A stretch of DNA of 64,000 bases from Spirochaetaceae bacterium. Its GTDB lineage: Bacteria; Spirochaetota; Spirochaetia; DSM-2461. Numbering within the stretch: the stretch's first letter is position 1; each line of letters begins with the position of its first letter. A program made the position numbers and the translations under genes. A model generated the notes under the pieces. That model was not told the DNA's origin. It saw only the letters and a list, made by a program, of their open reading frames with translations, and made no database searches. The stretch is taken from positions 960,001-1,024,000 of the forward strand of contig OZ245056.1 of the NCBI GenBank assembly GCA_965224705.1, in the 5' to 3' direction. Shown here piece after piece: positions 32,467 through 42,610 of the stretch.

Positions 32467-33398
32467 ATGAAAAAAGCACTATTAGTATTCTTTATTTTTA
32501 CTTTAGTATTCTCTTGTGAAATGCCTTCTGACCAACCGGATGATCCTTCTGAACAACCGGATGATTTCAATGGTTCAGCATCCACATCAAATTTTGTATA
32601 TCGTTTTATTCCCGTAGCTTCCCCTCCTACTGATTTTTGACACAAGCAAATAATCAAGGTTCTTCTGGCTATATTTGGAAGGGCGATTATATGTTTTCTG
32701 GAACAACGTACAGTATTTATGTCAAAGATGGTACTAAAGGAAACAACTTTTCGTATCTATTGTTATCCACAACAAGTACAACTTCTGATTTTCTTACCCA
32801 GGCAAATACTCAGGGTTTAAACGGCTATATTTGGAAGGGGAGTTATTCATTTTCAGGAGTTGCTTACAATTTGTACATAAAGGATTCTTCAAAGAACAAT
32901 AATTTTTCATATCAATTATTAAGTACTTCTAGTTCATCAACTGATTTCTTAACTCAGGCAAATACTCACGGTTCAACCGGCTATATTTGGAAGGGGAGTT
33001 ATTCATTTTTAGGAGTTGCTTACAATTTGTACATAAAGGATTCTTCAAAGAACAATAATTTTTCATATCAATTATTAAGTACTTCTAGTTCATCAACTGA
33101 TTTCTTAACTCAGGCAAATACTCACGGTTCAAACGGCTATATTTGGAAGGGGAGTTATTCATTTTTAGGAGTTGCTTACAATTTGTACATAAAGGATTCA
33201 TCGATTTCAGATAGTTATTCTTACCATGTATTAACATCCCAAAGTTCTTCTTCCGATTTCTTAACTCAAGCAAATACTGAGGGTGCAGATAGTTACTTAT
33301 ATATGAACACATACTATTTTTCGAAAATGCAGAATGTTTTCTTTAATTCAAAGAATGGCATAGAACTTCTATTTAGTCATCTGTACTCTGGACTTTAA
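32467..33398 (+). pseudogene. Lipoprotein with 52-aa tandem repeats, frameshifted in a T-run
   Basis: MKKALLVFFIFTLVFSC lipobox at 32467; frame breaks at the T5 run near 32634-32638; repeat units start every 156 nt (32667, 32823, 32979, 33135). Confidence 0.75.
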
Positions 33399-33499
33399 TG
33401 CGTGTGGAGAGTACTGTAGTTTTTTAAGCGGATTTAAAAGCACCTCCATGTACTTTAAAAGTATTCAACCGAGCCAACCGGGCACTAAGGATATCAGCG

Positions 33500-33650
33500 A
33501 ATACACACTCTGTCGCCTACGCTCCCTGGCCTTCGGCCAGATTGCCCCTTTGACACCATTGGAAAAAGCATGGTAGATTTTCCCCAATTGGTGTAAAGCC
33601 CACAAGGGGCCCAGGCCAGCTTCGCATAATGGCGAAACGTTATACGAAAT
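33500..33650 (+). other. attC-like recombination site (left end uncertain)
   Basis: Imperfect palindrome ending ...cttcgcataatggcgaaacGTTATACgaaat just upstream of a promoterless AT-rich ORF. Confidence 0.4.
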
Positions 33651-33661
33651 AGAAAAAACAA

Positions 33662-34102
33662 ATGAAATTATTCTTTAATACAAAAAAATCGTATTTAATA
33701 TATGGGATAGTCTTCATCCTATGCCAGCCCTTTTTCACGATTTCATACTATGTTTGGAATCAAGAAGCCGGTGCTTATCCCCCTCATGCAGATTCAATAG
33801 GAATACCTATTTTTCAGGAGTTAGTTGTTTTTCCATTCCTGGCATTTATTGCGATTGCGGGTATCATTTATGCAGGGATCAACTTCCCTGGAAGTATCAA
33901 AATTCGAATAATTAACTCCGATAGAAAAATATGGTCGATTTGTTGGTTTCTTTTGTTTCTCTTTTTTATATTTACTGCTATTCAAGAAGGCGTCCTTGCT
34001 ATAAAGTATTTCAATGTAATTCACATGCTAAATAGTATTATATGGGTACACGTGTTTTGTCATGTGTATCTTCTTATAAAAGAAAAAAAGGGCTGGCTCT
34101 AG
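33662..34102 (+). CDS. Hypothetical membrane protein (possible gene cassette)
   Basis: 146 aa with about four hydrophobic segments; GAYPPHADSIGIPI motif. Confidence 0.6.
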   Translation: MKLFFNTKKSYLIYGIVFILCQPFFTISYYVWNQEAGAYPPHADSIGIPIFQELVVFPFLAFIAIAGIIYAGINFPGSIKIRIINSDRKIWSICWFLLFLFFIFTAIQEGVLAIKYFNVIHMLNSIIWVHVFCHVYLLIKEKKGWL

Positions 34103-34185
34103 TTTTTTCTACATCGTACAACAGCGTTTATGTGTTCCAGCCTGTCAAACCGACTTACTGGTTTCGCGCGCTGTGCCAAAGTAGT

Positions 34186-34560
34186 TGTCACACAAGTTAA
34201 GTCAGCCAACGTAGGAGATGACAACATGCAGCGGTACAGTGTTCAATTCAGGAATTCTATCTTGCAAAAGATGATCGGCCCGGAGAAACGGAAGGCGGCT
34301 GATCTCTCAAGGAATTCGGGGTTTCTGCAACCACAATCTATGGGTAGAAATTGAGCGTCCCAATCAGGTATGGAGTACCGCCATTACCTATATCCGTATG
34401 GAGCACAGATTCGTCTACCTGACGGCGGTCATTGACTGCTACTCTTGCACGCTTCTTTCCTGAAAACCTCCTCCTCGCTGGTTAAATCGTTCTGCATCGA
34501 CGTAGTACAGAGAGACTTATGTCTTAACGGCTTGCCTGAAGTCTTCAACACTGAGCGAGA
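34186..34560 (+). mobile_element. IS3-family remnants
   Basis: MQRYSVQFRNSILQKMIGP (OrfA-like start) and decayed FVYLTAVIDCYS, similar to 31930-32090. Confidence 0.5.
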
Positions 34561-34975
34561 GCTTCAGGGCATCTTCATCGATTGAGGGATTGACACCGCT
34601 TATGTTTTTCGGTGGGTAAAGTATCGACAGGATGAACGGGGATCAATGCCTGATTCTCCAGGTAGGGACTTAAGTCAAGACGAAGGATTTGTGCCTGCCT
34701 GTGCGTTACCTCACGCAGACAGGCGGGTTCTGACTTAAGTGCTTAACATTTTGGTCTATCTCGACGGCTTGTATTAGCCGGACATTTGTCAATGGATGAA
34801 TTCTGGACTTGAACATCAGGGGAGATTTCGAAAAGCAAGCAACTGAGCCTCTGGTTCTTCGGCTGTATAAGTGTTACTGATGCAGTCTCAGGGCAAGAGA
34901 TTAAGTGTATGAAATTCGTGGAGATAAGTATAGTTTGATAAAAAATGCAAAAATCAATTCCTGAAAGGAACCTCA

Positions 34976-35329
34976 GTGAGAAAGTTCCTTCTCGTGTTAT
35001 TTGTGCTTTCTTTAAGTGTATATACTTTCGCAAATAACTTTCCGTTAGTTGGCAACGAACTACTTGCTCCTTTTCCAGGGCCGTACTCCCCCGAATTCTT
35101 GAGCCCTACAGAACTGTTGCTTCGGTGGGAAAGTGGGGCTGAGAACACGGAGTATTTAGACCTTTCAAAAGAATACTCGTACGAACTGCTCGATAGAAAT
35201 GGAATGACGTTCTCAGAATTCATGGAGAATTGCCCAGGACATTGGAATCAGGTATGTACTCAAATGTACCGACTCCGCGCTATGCACACCCCATTTCAGA
35301 TTGCGGCAGTCAGGCCGCCGTCCACGTAA
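34976..35329 (+). CDS. Hypothetical secreted protein (possibly truncated)
   Basis: N-terminal signal peptide; 3' end overlaps the convergent gene. Confidence 0.4.
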   Translation: MRKFLLVLFVLSLSVYTFANNFPLVGNELLAPFPGPYSPEFLSPTELLLRWESGAENTEYLDLSKEYSYELLDRNGMTFSEFMENCPGHWNQVCTQMYRLRAMHTPFQIAAVRPPST

Positions 35330-36063
35330 AGAATCTGCCCCGTAACAAAGCTGCTGGCTTCACTGGCAAGGAAGACCGCGGCCCCTGAAAGCTCCTGAAC
35401 ATTTCCCCAACGCGCCATGGGAGTCCGCCCTCTATACCATGAGTCAAATTTCTCATCCTCCTGGAGTGCTTTGGTTAGGGGAGTCGAAAAATAACCCGGC
35501 GCGATGCCGTTCACCTGAATATTTTGCGCCCCGAGTTCCACCGCGAGCTCCTTTGTGAGCATGGCCACCCCGCCCTTGCTGGCGGCGTAGTTCGCGTTCT
35601 CCTTTCGGGCGATGGAACTCATGAGGGAGCATATATTGATCACCTTTCCCGCCTGCCGCTCGATCATTTCCGGGACCACCGCCTTTGACACGAGAAAAAC
35701 GCTGTCCAGATTGAGACGCATCACCTGCTGCCACTGTTCCAGTGACATATCCGTGAACTTTCCCCGGATTGTTCCCCCGGCGTTATTCACGAGGATGTCG
35801 ATGGGACCTATTCCCTTAGCAGCAGCCTGGATACCCGATGCGATGGAGATTGGATCGGTAACATCAAAGACGGCCGATTCGACACGCCAGCCCTTCTTTC
35901 GGCATTCGGCGGCCACGGCCTCCACTTTCTCTTCTGATCGGCCGTTGAGGACAACCCGCGCTCCGGCAGCCATCAAACCTTCCGCCAGAGCGCGGCCGAT
36001 TCCCTGGGTCGATCCGGTCACAAGGGCGTTCTTCCCCTCAAGGGAAAACAGCTTTGCCTTCAT
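35296..36063 (-). CDS. SDR oxidoreductase, gluconate 5-dehydrogenase / KduD-like
   Basis: LFSLEGKNALVTGSTQGIG, YAASKGG, VNGIAPGYF, VDGG. Confidence 0.85.
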   Translation of the reverse strand: MKAKLFSLEGKNALVTGSTQGIGRALAEGLMAAGARVVLNGRSEEKVEAVAAECRKKGWRVESAVFDVTDPISIASGIQAAAKGIGPIDILVNNAGGTIRGKFTDMSLEQWQQVMRLNLDSVFLVSKAVVPEMIERQAGKVINICSLMSSIARKENANYAASKGGVAMLTKELAVELGAQNIQVNGIAPGYFSTPLTKALQEDEKFDSWYRGRTPMARWGNVQELSGAAVFLASEASSFVTGQILYVDGGLTAAI

Positions 36064-36069
36064 ACAAGA

Positions 36070-37107
36070 TTACTCCTTTTTCTCAAGATCAAAGATAACG
36101 CGCAGCCCCTCTTCTCCTGACCTTGCCGCCGCGAACGCTTCCCGCGCGCTGCTCAAGGCGAAGGCTTCCGACTTGAAGATGTCGAAGAGTCGGAATTCGC
36201 TTCTAAGGAATTCCATGGCATATTCAAAGTCAAAAGGCTCGTACACCCTTACCCCGCGGACAATAAGTTCCTTAAAGGTTAAATCGACCATGTTGAAGGT
36301 CCTTGCCTCCTTGGGGATGGACACCTGAACAAGGGTGCCGCGGGGACGGAGAATCTTTGTTGACGAAAGAATGGCCGGTTGGCTTCCCGCGCACTCGAAT
36401 ACCACATCCATGCCGCGGCCTTCGGATACGGCGGAGATGTATTCCTCCAGGGGCTGACTGGATGGATCAACGACATCGAAACCAAGGGACTCTGCCTGTT
36501 TTTGCCGCTTCTTGTTGGGCTCACTTATGATAATCTGACGCCCGCTTACCCGCTGCGTCAGGATTCCCACGAGGATGCCGATAGGGCCGCCCCCGATAAC
36601 ACAGATCCTGTCCCGGAATTTTGGCGCGCCAAGCCGGGCCGCATGGACGGCAATGGCTAAGGGCTCGGTGAGCACCACGAGTTCCGGTGCCATGCCCTCT
36701 GCCGCGGGGACAATCTTTCTGTTATCCGCCACCATGAAATCGGCCATTCCCCCCGGAAGATCAATCCCATACAGTTGGAGATTTTGACAAACGTGGGGGA
36801 CTCCCGACCGGCAGGCCACGCAGGTTCCACAGCTAATGATCGGCTCCAGGCTTACTTGATCGCCGGGGCCGAAATTGACCGCCTCCCCCCTGGTTTCGAC
36901 AACTTCGGCGGCCAGTTCGTGCCCCGGAATGAGGCCGGGCTTTGCTCTGGGATGCTTTCCGCTCAGGATGGAAATATCCGTGCCGCATATACCCGCCCGT
37001 AGGACACGCAGTAGACTCTGATTTTCCCCCGGTATGGGTATGGGGGGGCTTTCCAGTTGAATTTCCGGGGTTCCGTTGTAGGAAAGGGCCCGCATCTCTT
37101 GACTCAT
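36070..37107 (-). CDS. Zinc-dependent sugar-acid dehydrogenase (MDR family)
   Basis: GICGTD, GHE, CGTCVAC...C, EPLAIAVH, GGGPIG. Confidence 0.88.
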   Translation of the reverse strand: MSQEMRALSYNGTPEIQLESPPIPIPGENQSLLRVLRAGICGTDISILSGKHPRAKPGLIPGHELAAEVVETRGEAVNFGPGDQVSLEPIISCGTCVACRSGVPHVCQNLQLYGIDLPGGMADFMVADNRKIVPAAEGMAPELVVLTEPLAIAVHAARLGAPKFRDRICVIGGGPIGILVGILTQRVSGRQIIISEPNKKRQKQAESLGFDVVDPSSQPLEEYISAVSEGRGMDVVFECAGSQPAILSSTKILRPRGTLVQVSIPKEARTFNMVDLTFKELIVRGVRVYEPFDFEYAMEFLRSEFRLFDIFKSEAFALSSAREAFAAARSGEEGLRVIFDLEKKE

Positions 37108-37183
37108 CACCGTATCTCCTTGCTTTACATGCTCCCAGGAGCCTGTTTGGACTCTCCGTCGAAGGTCATTATAATCTGATAAT

Positions 37184-37198
37184 TGTTGACAGTCAACA
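37184..37198. promoter_or_regulatory. Palindromic operator-like site TGTTGAC-A-GTCAACA
   Basis: Perfect 7-1-7 inverted repeat about 80 nt upstream of the Zn-dehydrogenase start. Confidence 0.55.
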
Positions 37199-37326
37199 GT
37201 ACAGCAATTATGTGATCCTGGTTTATCCGATATCTCATCACCGCCCCTTAAGACGAATTCTACCCTCCGTGAGAGACACTTCACTCATTGACAACGCTCC
37301 CCGCCACTGATATACTTCCTCTGGTC

Positions 37327-37878
37327 ATGAACAAGTATATCAATCCAATGAACGACTTCTTCATGCGCTATCTGCTGGAAAGCAAGGGCAGCGAAAACAA
37401 TTGCCGCGGCTTCGTCAACGCCGTTCTTAAAGATTTCGACTTCCCGGCGGTGAGCAGCCTGGTCATTCTCAATCCCTTCAACCTGAAGGATTATCACGGA
37501 TACAAGGAGTCTGTCGGACTTTAAGACTTCGAGGCGATTTTTGATGATTTCTTCCTGATGCAAGGCGACAAAAACGGAGCATAGCTGGGCTACGTGAGTA
37601 TTTTGGCAACGCAGCAGCAGGGTATGCGAGTCTATGGACTCGCATCCTGAGAGAGTGCCGAGCGATAGCGAGGAAAAGCCGCCACGGATGGCGGCGAAAA
37701 CGAACGAAGGCGGCTCTCCAGAAGCAAGCAGGAGGCTTGCTTCTGGAGAGAAGGGCAAAAATCGAGCCGTGAGGCGTAAGTCCGACAGACTCCTAAGCGC
37801 TTGAAGGCCGCCGGAGTTTCCCTTGACATCATCATCAAGGCCACCGACCTGAGCGAAGAAGAGATCCGAAAGCTCTAA
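37327..37878 (+). pseudogene. Type-A Rpn gene with its middle replaced by a MITE
   Basis: N-terminal 60 codons to 37506, then the MITE, then only the tail RLKAAGVSLDIIIKATDLSEEEIRKL*. Confidence 0.85.
37507..37792. mobile_element. MITE family A, long form (286 bp)
   Basis: Same TIRs with an extra ~125-bp multi-hairpin insert at about 37620-37750; flanks do not match, indicating an adjacent deletion. Confidence 0.85.
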
Positions 37879-38716
37879 CAGAAACAAATTTCCCCCAAGC
37901 GAAAGCCCCCTGCACAGGGATATTTCGCTATATATTCCCCCACCTTCGTGAGAAACACCCCTCTCCAAGCCACAAACCACACAAAAAGCACGAAAGGATT
38001 TCATCAATTACTTCTTGTACAGTAATCCTATTTTACCAGATGAAGGCAATTACTCACCAATCTTTTTGTCCCATATTTCTCTGCGTATCTCCGCGATCTC
38101 TGTGGTTTTTAACTTATTCATGGTTTTTAACCGCAGAGGACGCAGAGAACGCAGAGGGTTTAAGGTAATTATTCATCAAACTTCTTATGCCATGTTTGGA
38201 TTTTAAGGTGTTGGAACTGTTCTCTAATGAGATACGATTGCCCTGGTGGATATTTTATCAGGAACCCTGAAAAGAAAACCAGCAAATTTTCGTGTTTTTC
38301 GTGCCTTTCGTGGTAAGAAATCCTTCAATTGGCTTCCTGCCTTTTTTATAAACCACGAACCACACAAAAATCACGAAAGGATTTCATCAATTATTCCCTT
38401 TACAGTAACCCTATTCCATCAGATGAAGGTAATTACTCACCAATCTTTTATCCCATATTTCTCTGCGTATCTCCGCGATCTCTGCGGTTTTACCCTATTC
38501 ATGGTTTTTTAACCGCAGAGAGCGCAGAGTGTTCAAGATAATTATTCACCTCACAACGATAACAAAAAGTTGACAAGCTCCTATTATTGAAGAAAACTCC
38601 ATTCGATCCCCAAAAATCAGTGTTTTTATTTTCTCTGGGATAGAATTAGATGCGATTGCCCTGATGACCCTATGCACAGCCCTAAACACTTCCCAAAAAT
38701 CATGCTACTTTAACAC

Positions 38717-39550
38717 ATGATACCCCTGCCCAAATCAGTACCAAAAGTCCAAATCTCCCTGGACACCTTCTTCAAGAGACAGGCAAGGGAGTTTTTTAGC
38801 TCTTGCGGATACCTGGTTGAAACGGAACATGAAATGCTTAAAAGCCCCAAGAGGCTGGATGTCCTCCTTATCCAACAAAACACCGCCAGTGTAGAATTCG
38901 ACATATTCCACTACTTCGCTCCGTACAATCTGGTCAGCTACAAATCATACGGCGATGCCGTAAGAACACAGGACATTTACGACCTCTCCATATACACAAA
39001 CCTCTACCTGCGAGAAAACTCCAGAGCCAACTACAGCAACACAACCATCACACTCATCTGCTCCAGAACCCCGAGGAAATTCATCCGGGAACACAAAGAG
39101 TATTTCACCGAGACATGTCCCGGCCACTTCATCGGCAACTATGGAATGTACAAAATTCACATCATCAACATTGAAACCATCCAATTATCGGGACCTGACG
39201 GAGTGTTTCTATCCGAATTCTGCCGGGATATCGACCGCTTATCCGACCAGACCGAAATCAAGGAGTCCGGTTTCCCTAAACAGATTATTGACAAACTGCT
39301 TAAGGGCATTATAATGAGACTATCTATCTTTGAGGGTAAGGAGGACAATATGGTACCTGTTGCCGATGTAACGGAACTGATGAGGCCTCAACTTGAAAAG
39401 GCCTGGGATGACGGAATGGAAGAAGGCAAAAAAGAAGGCCGAAATGAGGAAAAAACCCAAACAGCCAGGCGCTTAAAAGCCGCCGGAGCCGACATGAAAC
39501 TCATCATCAAGGCCACCGGCCTGAGCGAAGAAGAGCTCAAAAAGCTCTAA
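38717..39550 (+). CDS. Type-C Rpn-like putative PD-(D/E)XK protein
   Basis: ETE...PKRLDVLLI...NLVSYKS..D motif and the Rpn-type C-terminal tail. Confidence 0.7.
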   Translation: MIPLPKSVPKVQISLDTFFKRQAREFFSSCGYLVETEHEMLKSPKRLDVLLIQQNTASVEFDIFHYFAPYNLVSYKSYGDAVRTQDIYDLSIYTNLYLRENSRANYSNTTITLICSRTPRKFIREHKEYFTETCPGHFIGNYGMYKIHIINIETIQLSGPDGVFLSEFCRDIDRLSDQTEIKESGFPKQIIDKLLKGIIMRLSIFEGKEDNMVPVADVTELMRPQLEKAWDDGMEEGKKEGRNEEKTQTARRLKAAGADMKLIIKATGLSEEELKKL

Positions 39551-39936
39551 CAGAAACAAACCTCCCCAAGGCCCCCCTGCGAAAGCCTCTTGACATTCGA
39601 GTCCTCTCCTCCGTGCCCTCCGTGCCTCCGTGAGAAACATCCCAAAAAGCTCATTCCCCCCAGAACCATTATTCTCATTTTACCGGGAACAGAATGAGAT
39701 ACGATTGCCCTGGTGGGGCGGGTTAATCAGGACCACTGGAAAGGAAACCAGCAAAGTTTCGTGTCTTTCGTGTTTTTCGTGCCTTTCGTGGTAAGAAATC
39801 CTCTCAATTGGCTTCCTGTCTTTTTTATAAACCACGAACCACACGAAAAGCACGAAAGGATTTCATCAATTATTCCCTGTACAGTGTCCCTATGCACAGC
39901 CCTAAACACTTCCCAAAAATCATGCTACTTTAACAC

Positions 39937-40758
39937 ATGATACCCCTGCCCAAATCATTACCAAAAGTCCAAATCTCCCTGGACACCTTCTTCAAGAGAC
40001 AGGCAAGGGAGTTTTTTAGCTCTTGCGGATACCTGGTTGAAACGGAACATGAAATGCTTAAAAGCCCCAAGAGGCTGGATGTCCTCCTTATCAAACAAAA
40101 CACCGCCAGTGTAGAATTCGACATATTCCACTACTTCGCTCCGTACAATCTGGTCAGCTACAAATCATACGGCGATGCCGTAAGAACACAGGACATTTAC
40201 GACCTCTCCATATACACAAACCTCTATCTGCGAGAAAACCCCAAAGCCAACTACAGCAACACAACCATCACACTCATCTGCTCCAGAACCCCGAGGAAAT
40301 TCATCCGGGAACACAAAGAGTATTTCACCGAGACATGTCCCGGCCACTTCATCGGCAACTATGGGATGTACAGAATTCACATCATCAACATTGAAACCAT
40401 CCAATTATCGGGGCCTGACGGCATATTTCTATCCGAATTCTGTCGGAATATCGACCGCTTATCCGACCAGACCGAAATCAAGGAGTCCGGTTTCCCTAAA
40501 CAGATTATTGACAAACTGCTTAAGGGCATTATAATGAGACTATCAATCTTTGAGGGTAAGGAGGACAATATGGTACCTGTTGCCGATGTAACCGAACTGA
40601 TGAGGCCTCAACTTGAAAAGGCCTGGGATGACGGAATGGAAGAAGGCGAAAGAAAAGCCATAACCCAAACAGCCAGGCGCTTAAAAGCCGCCGGAGTCTC
40701 CCTTGACATCATCATCAAGGCCACCGGCCTGAGCGAAGAAAAGATCCAAAAGCTCTAA
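39937..40758 (+). CDS. Type-C Rpn-like protein (copy 2)
   Basis: Near-identical paralog with a different tail. Confidence 0.7.
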   Translation: MIPLPKSLPKVQISLDTFFKRQAREFFSSCGYLVETEHEMLKSPKRLDVLLIKQNTASVEFDIFHYFAPYNLVSYKSYGDAVRTQDIYDLSIYTNLYLRENPKANYSNTTITLICSRTPRKFIREHKEYFTETCPGHFIGNYGMYRIHIINIETIQLSGPDGIFLSEFCRNIDRLSDQTEIKESGFPKQIIDKLLKGIIMRLSIFEGKEDNMVPVADVTELMRPQLEKAWDDGMEEGERKAITQTARRLKAAGVSLDIIIKATGLSEEKIQKL

Positions 40759-41154
40759 CAGAAACAAATCTCCCCCAAGCTCCCATAACTCCGCAAGCCC
40801 CCCTGCATTTTGAGTTCCCCACCTCCGTGCCCTCCGTGCCTCCGTGAGAAACACCAAAAAAAACTCATTTCGATCCCCCAGAACCATTATTCTCATTTTA
40901 CCGGGAACAGAATGAGATACGATTGCCCTGGTGGGGCGGGTTAATCAGGACCACTGGAAAGGAAACCAGCAAAGTTTCGTGTCTTTCGTGTTTTTCGTGC
41001 CTTTCGTGGTAAGAAATCCTCTCAATTTGCTTCCTGCCTTTTTTATAAACCACGAACCACACAAAAAGCACGAAAGGATTTCATCAATTATTCCTTATAC
41101 AGTGTCCCTATGCACAGCCCTAAACACTTCCCAAAAAACATGCTACTCTAATAC

Positions 41155-41988
41155 ATGATACCCCTGCCCAAATCAGTACCAAAAGTCCAAATCTCCCTGG
41201 ACACCTTCTTCAAGAAACAGGCAAGGGAGTTTTTCGGCTCTTGCGGATACCTGGTTGAAACGGAACATGAAATGCTTAAAAGCCCCAAGAGGCTGGATGT
41301 CCTCCTTATCAAACAAAACACCGCCAGTGTAGAATTCGACATATTCCACTACTTCGCTCCGTACAATCTGGTCAGCTACAAATCATACGGCGATGCCGTA
41401 AGAACACAGGACATTTACGACCTCTCCATATACACAAACCTCTACCTGCGAGAAAACCCCAGAGCCAACTACAGCAACACAACCATCACACTCATATGCT
41501 CCAGAACCCCGAGGAAATTCATCCGGGAACACAAAGAGTATTTCACCGAAACATGTCCCGGCCACTTCATCGGCAACTATGGAATGTACAAAATTCACAT
41601 CATCAACATTGAAACCATCCAATTATCGGGACCTGACGGAGTGTTTTTATCCGAATTCTGCCGGGATATCGACCGCTTATCCGACCAGACCGAAATCAAG
41701 GAGTCCGGTTTCCCCAAACAGATTATTGACAAACTGCTTAAGGGCATTATAATGAGACTATCAATCTTTGAGGGTAAGGAGGACAATATGGTACCTGTTG
41801 CCGATGTAACGGAACTGATGAGGCCTCAACTTGAAAAGGCCTGGGATGACGGAATGGAAGAAGGCGAAAAAAAAGGCGAAAAAAAAGCCATAACCCAAAC
41901 AGCCAGGCGCTTAAAAGCCGCCGGAGTCTCCATTGATATCATCATCAAGGCCACCGGCCTAAGCGAAGAAAAGATCCAGAAGCTCTAA
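41155..41988 (+). CDS. Type-C Rpn-like protein (copy 3)
   Basis: Near-identical paralog with a different tail. Confidence 0.7.
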   Translation: MIPLPKSVPKVQISLDTFFKKQAREFFGSCGYLVETEHEMLKSPKRLDVLLIKQNTASVEFDIFHYFAPYNLVSYKSYGDAVRTQDIYDLSIYTNLYLRENPRANYSNTTITLICSRTPRKFIREHKEYFTETCPGHFIGNYGMYKIHIINIETIQLSGPDGVFLSEFCRDIDRLSDQTEIKESGFPKQIIDKLLKGIIMRLSIFEGKEDNMVPVADVTELMRPQLEKAWDDGMEEGEKKGEKKAITQTARRLKAAGVSIDIIIKATGLSEEKIQKL

Positions 41989-42610
41989 CCGAAACAAATC
42001 TCCCCAGGCGAAAGCCCCCCTGCACTTGGCCGCTCCACCACAGAAAACCTCTCACGGAGGCACGGAGCACACGGAGATAATTCAATACTTCCCTTACACA
42101 TAACAGGGATATCTCTAGATATTTCCCCACCTCCGGGAGAAACACCCCTCTCCAAACCTCCCCAAGCCCCCATAACTCCGCAAGTCCCCCTGCATCCGAC
42201 AGCCCCACCTCCGTGCCCTCCGTGCTTCCGTGAGAAACACCCAAAAAACTCATTTCGATTCCCCGGAATCATTATTCTCATTTTACCAGGAACCCTGAAA
42301 AGGAAACCACCAAATTTTCGCGCCTTTCATAGTAAAGAAACTTCTCTCCCCTGATAGCCCATTACAGAAAACCTCTCACGGAGGCACGGAGTTCACGGAG
42401 CTTATCCAGGGCTTCCCTTATATCTCACAGGGATATCTCTCTGCATTTCAAAGAAAGAAAGAACCCTATCATGCACCGACTCAAGCAACCCTCCCTCCGC
42501 CTGCCTGCCGAAGCCCCGACTTGAGGCAGGTGCCTCTATGAGAAACGCCCCCGTGTCCTCCGTGAGAAATATCCCTTGCACAAACACCAAAACTCCCGTA
42601 ATGTAAATCC

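Noticed and set aside
34665..34742. Small palindromic element (acttaagtca...tgacttaagt with an inner cctg..cagg hairpin)
   Set aside because: Single copy in the window; REP versus MITE cannot be decided.
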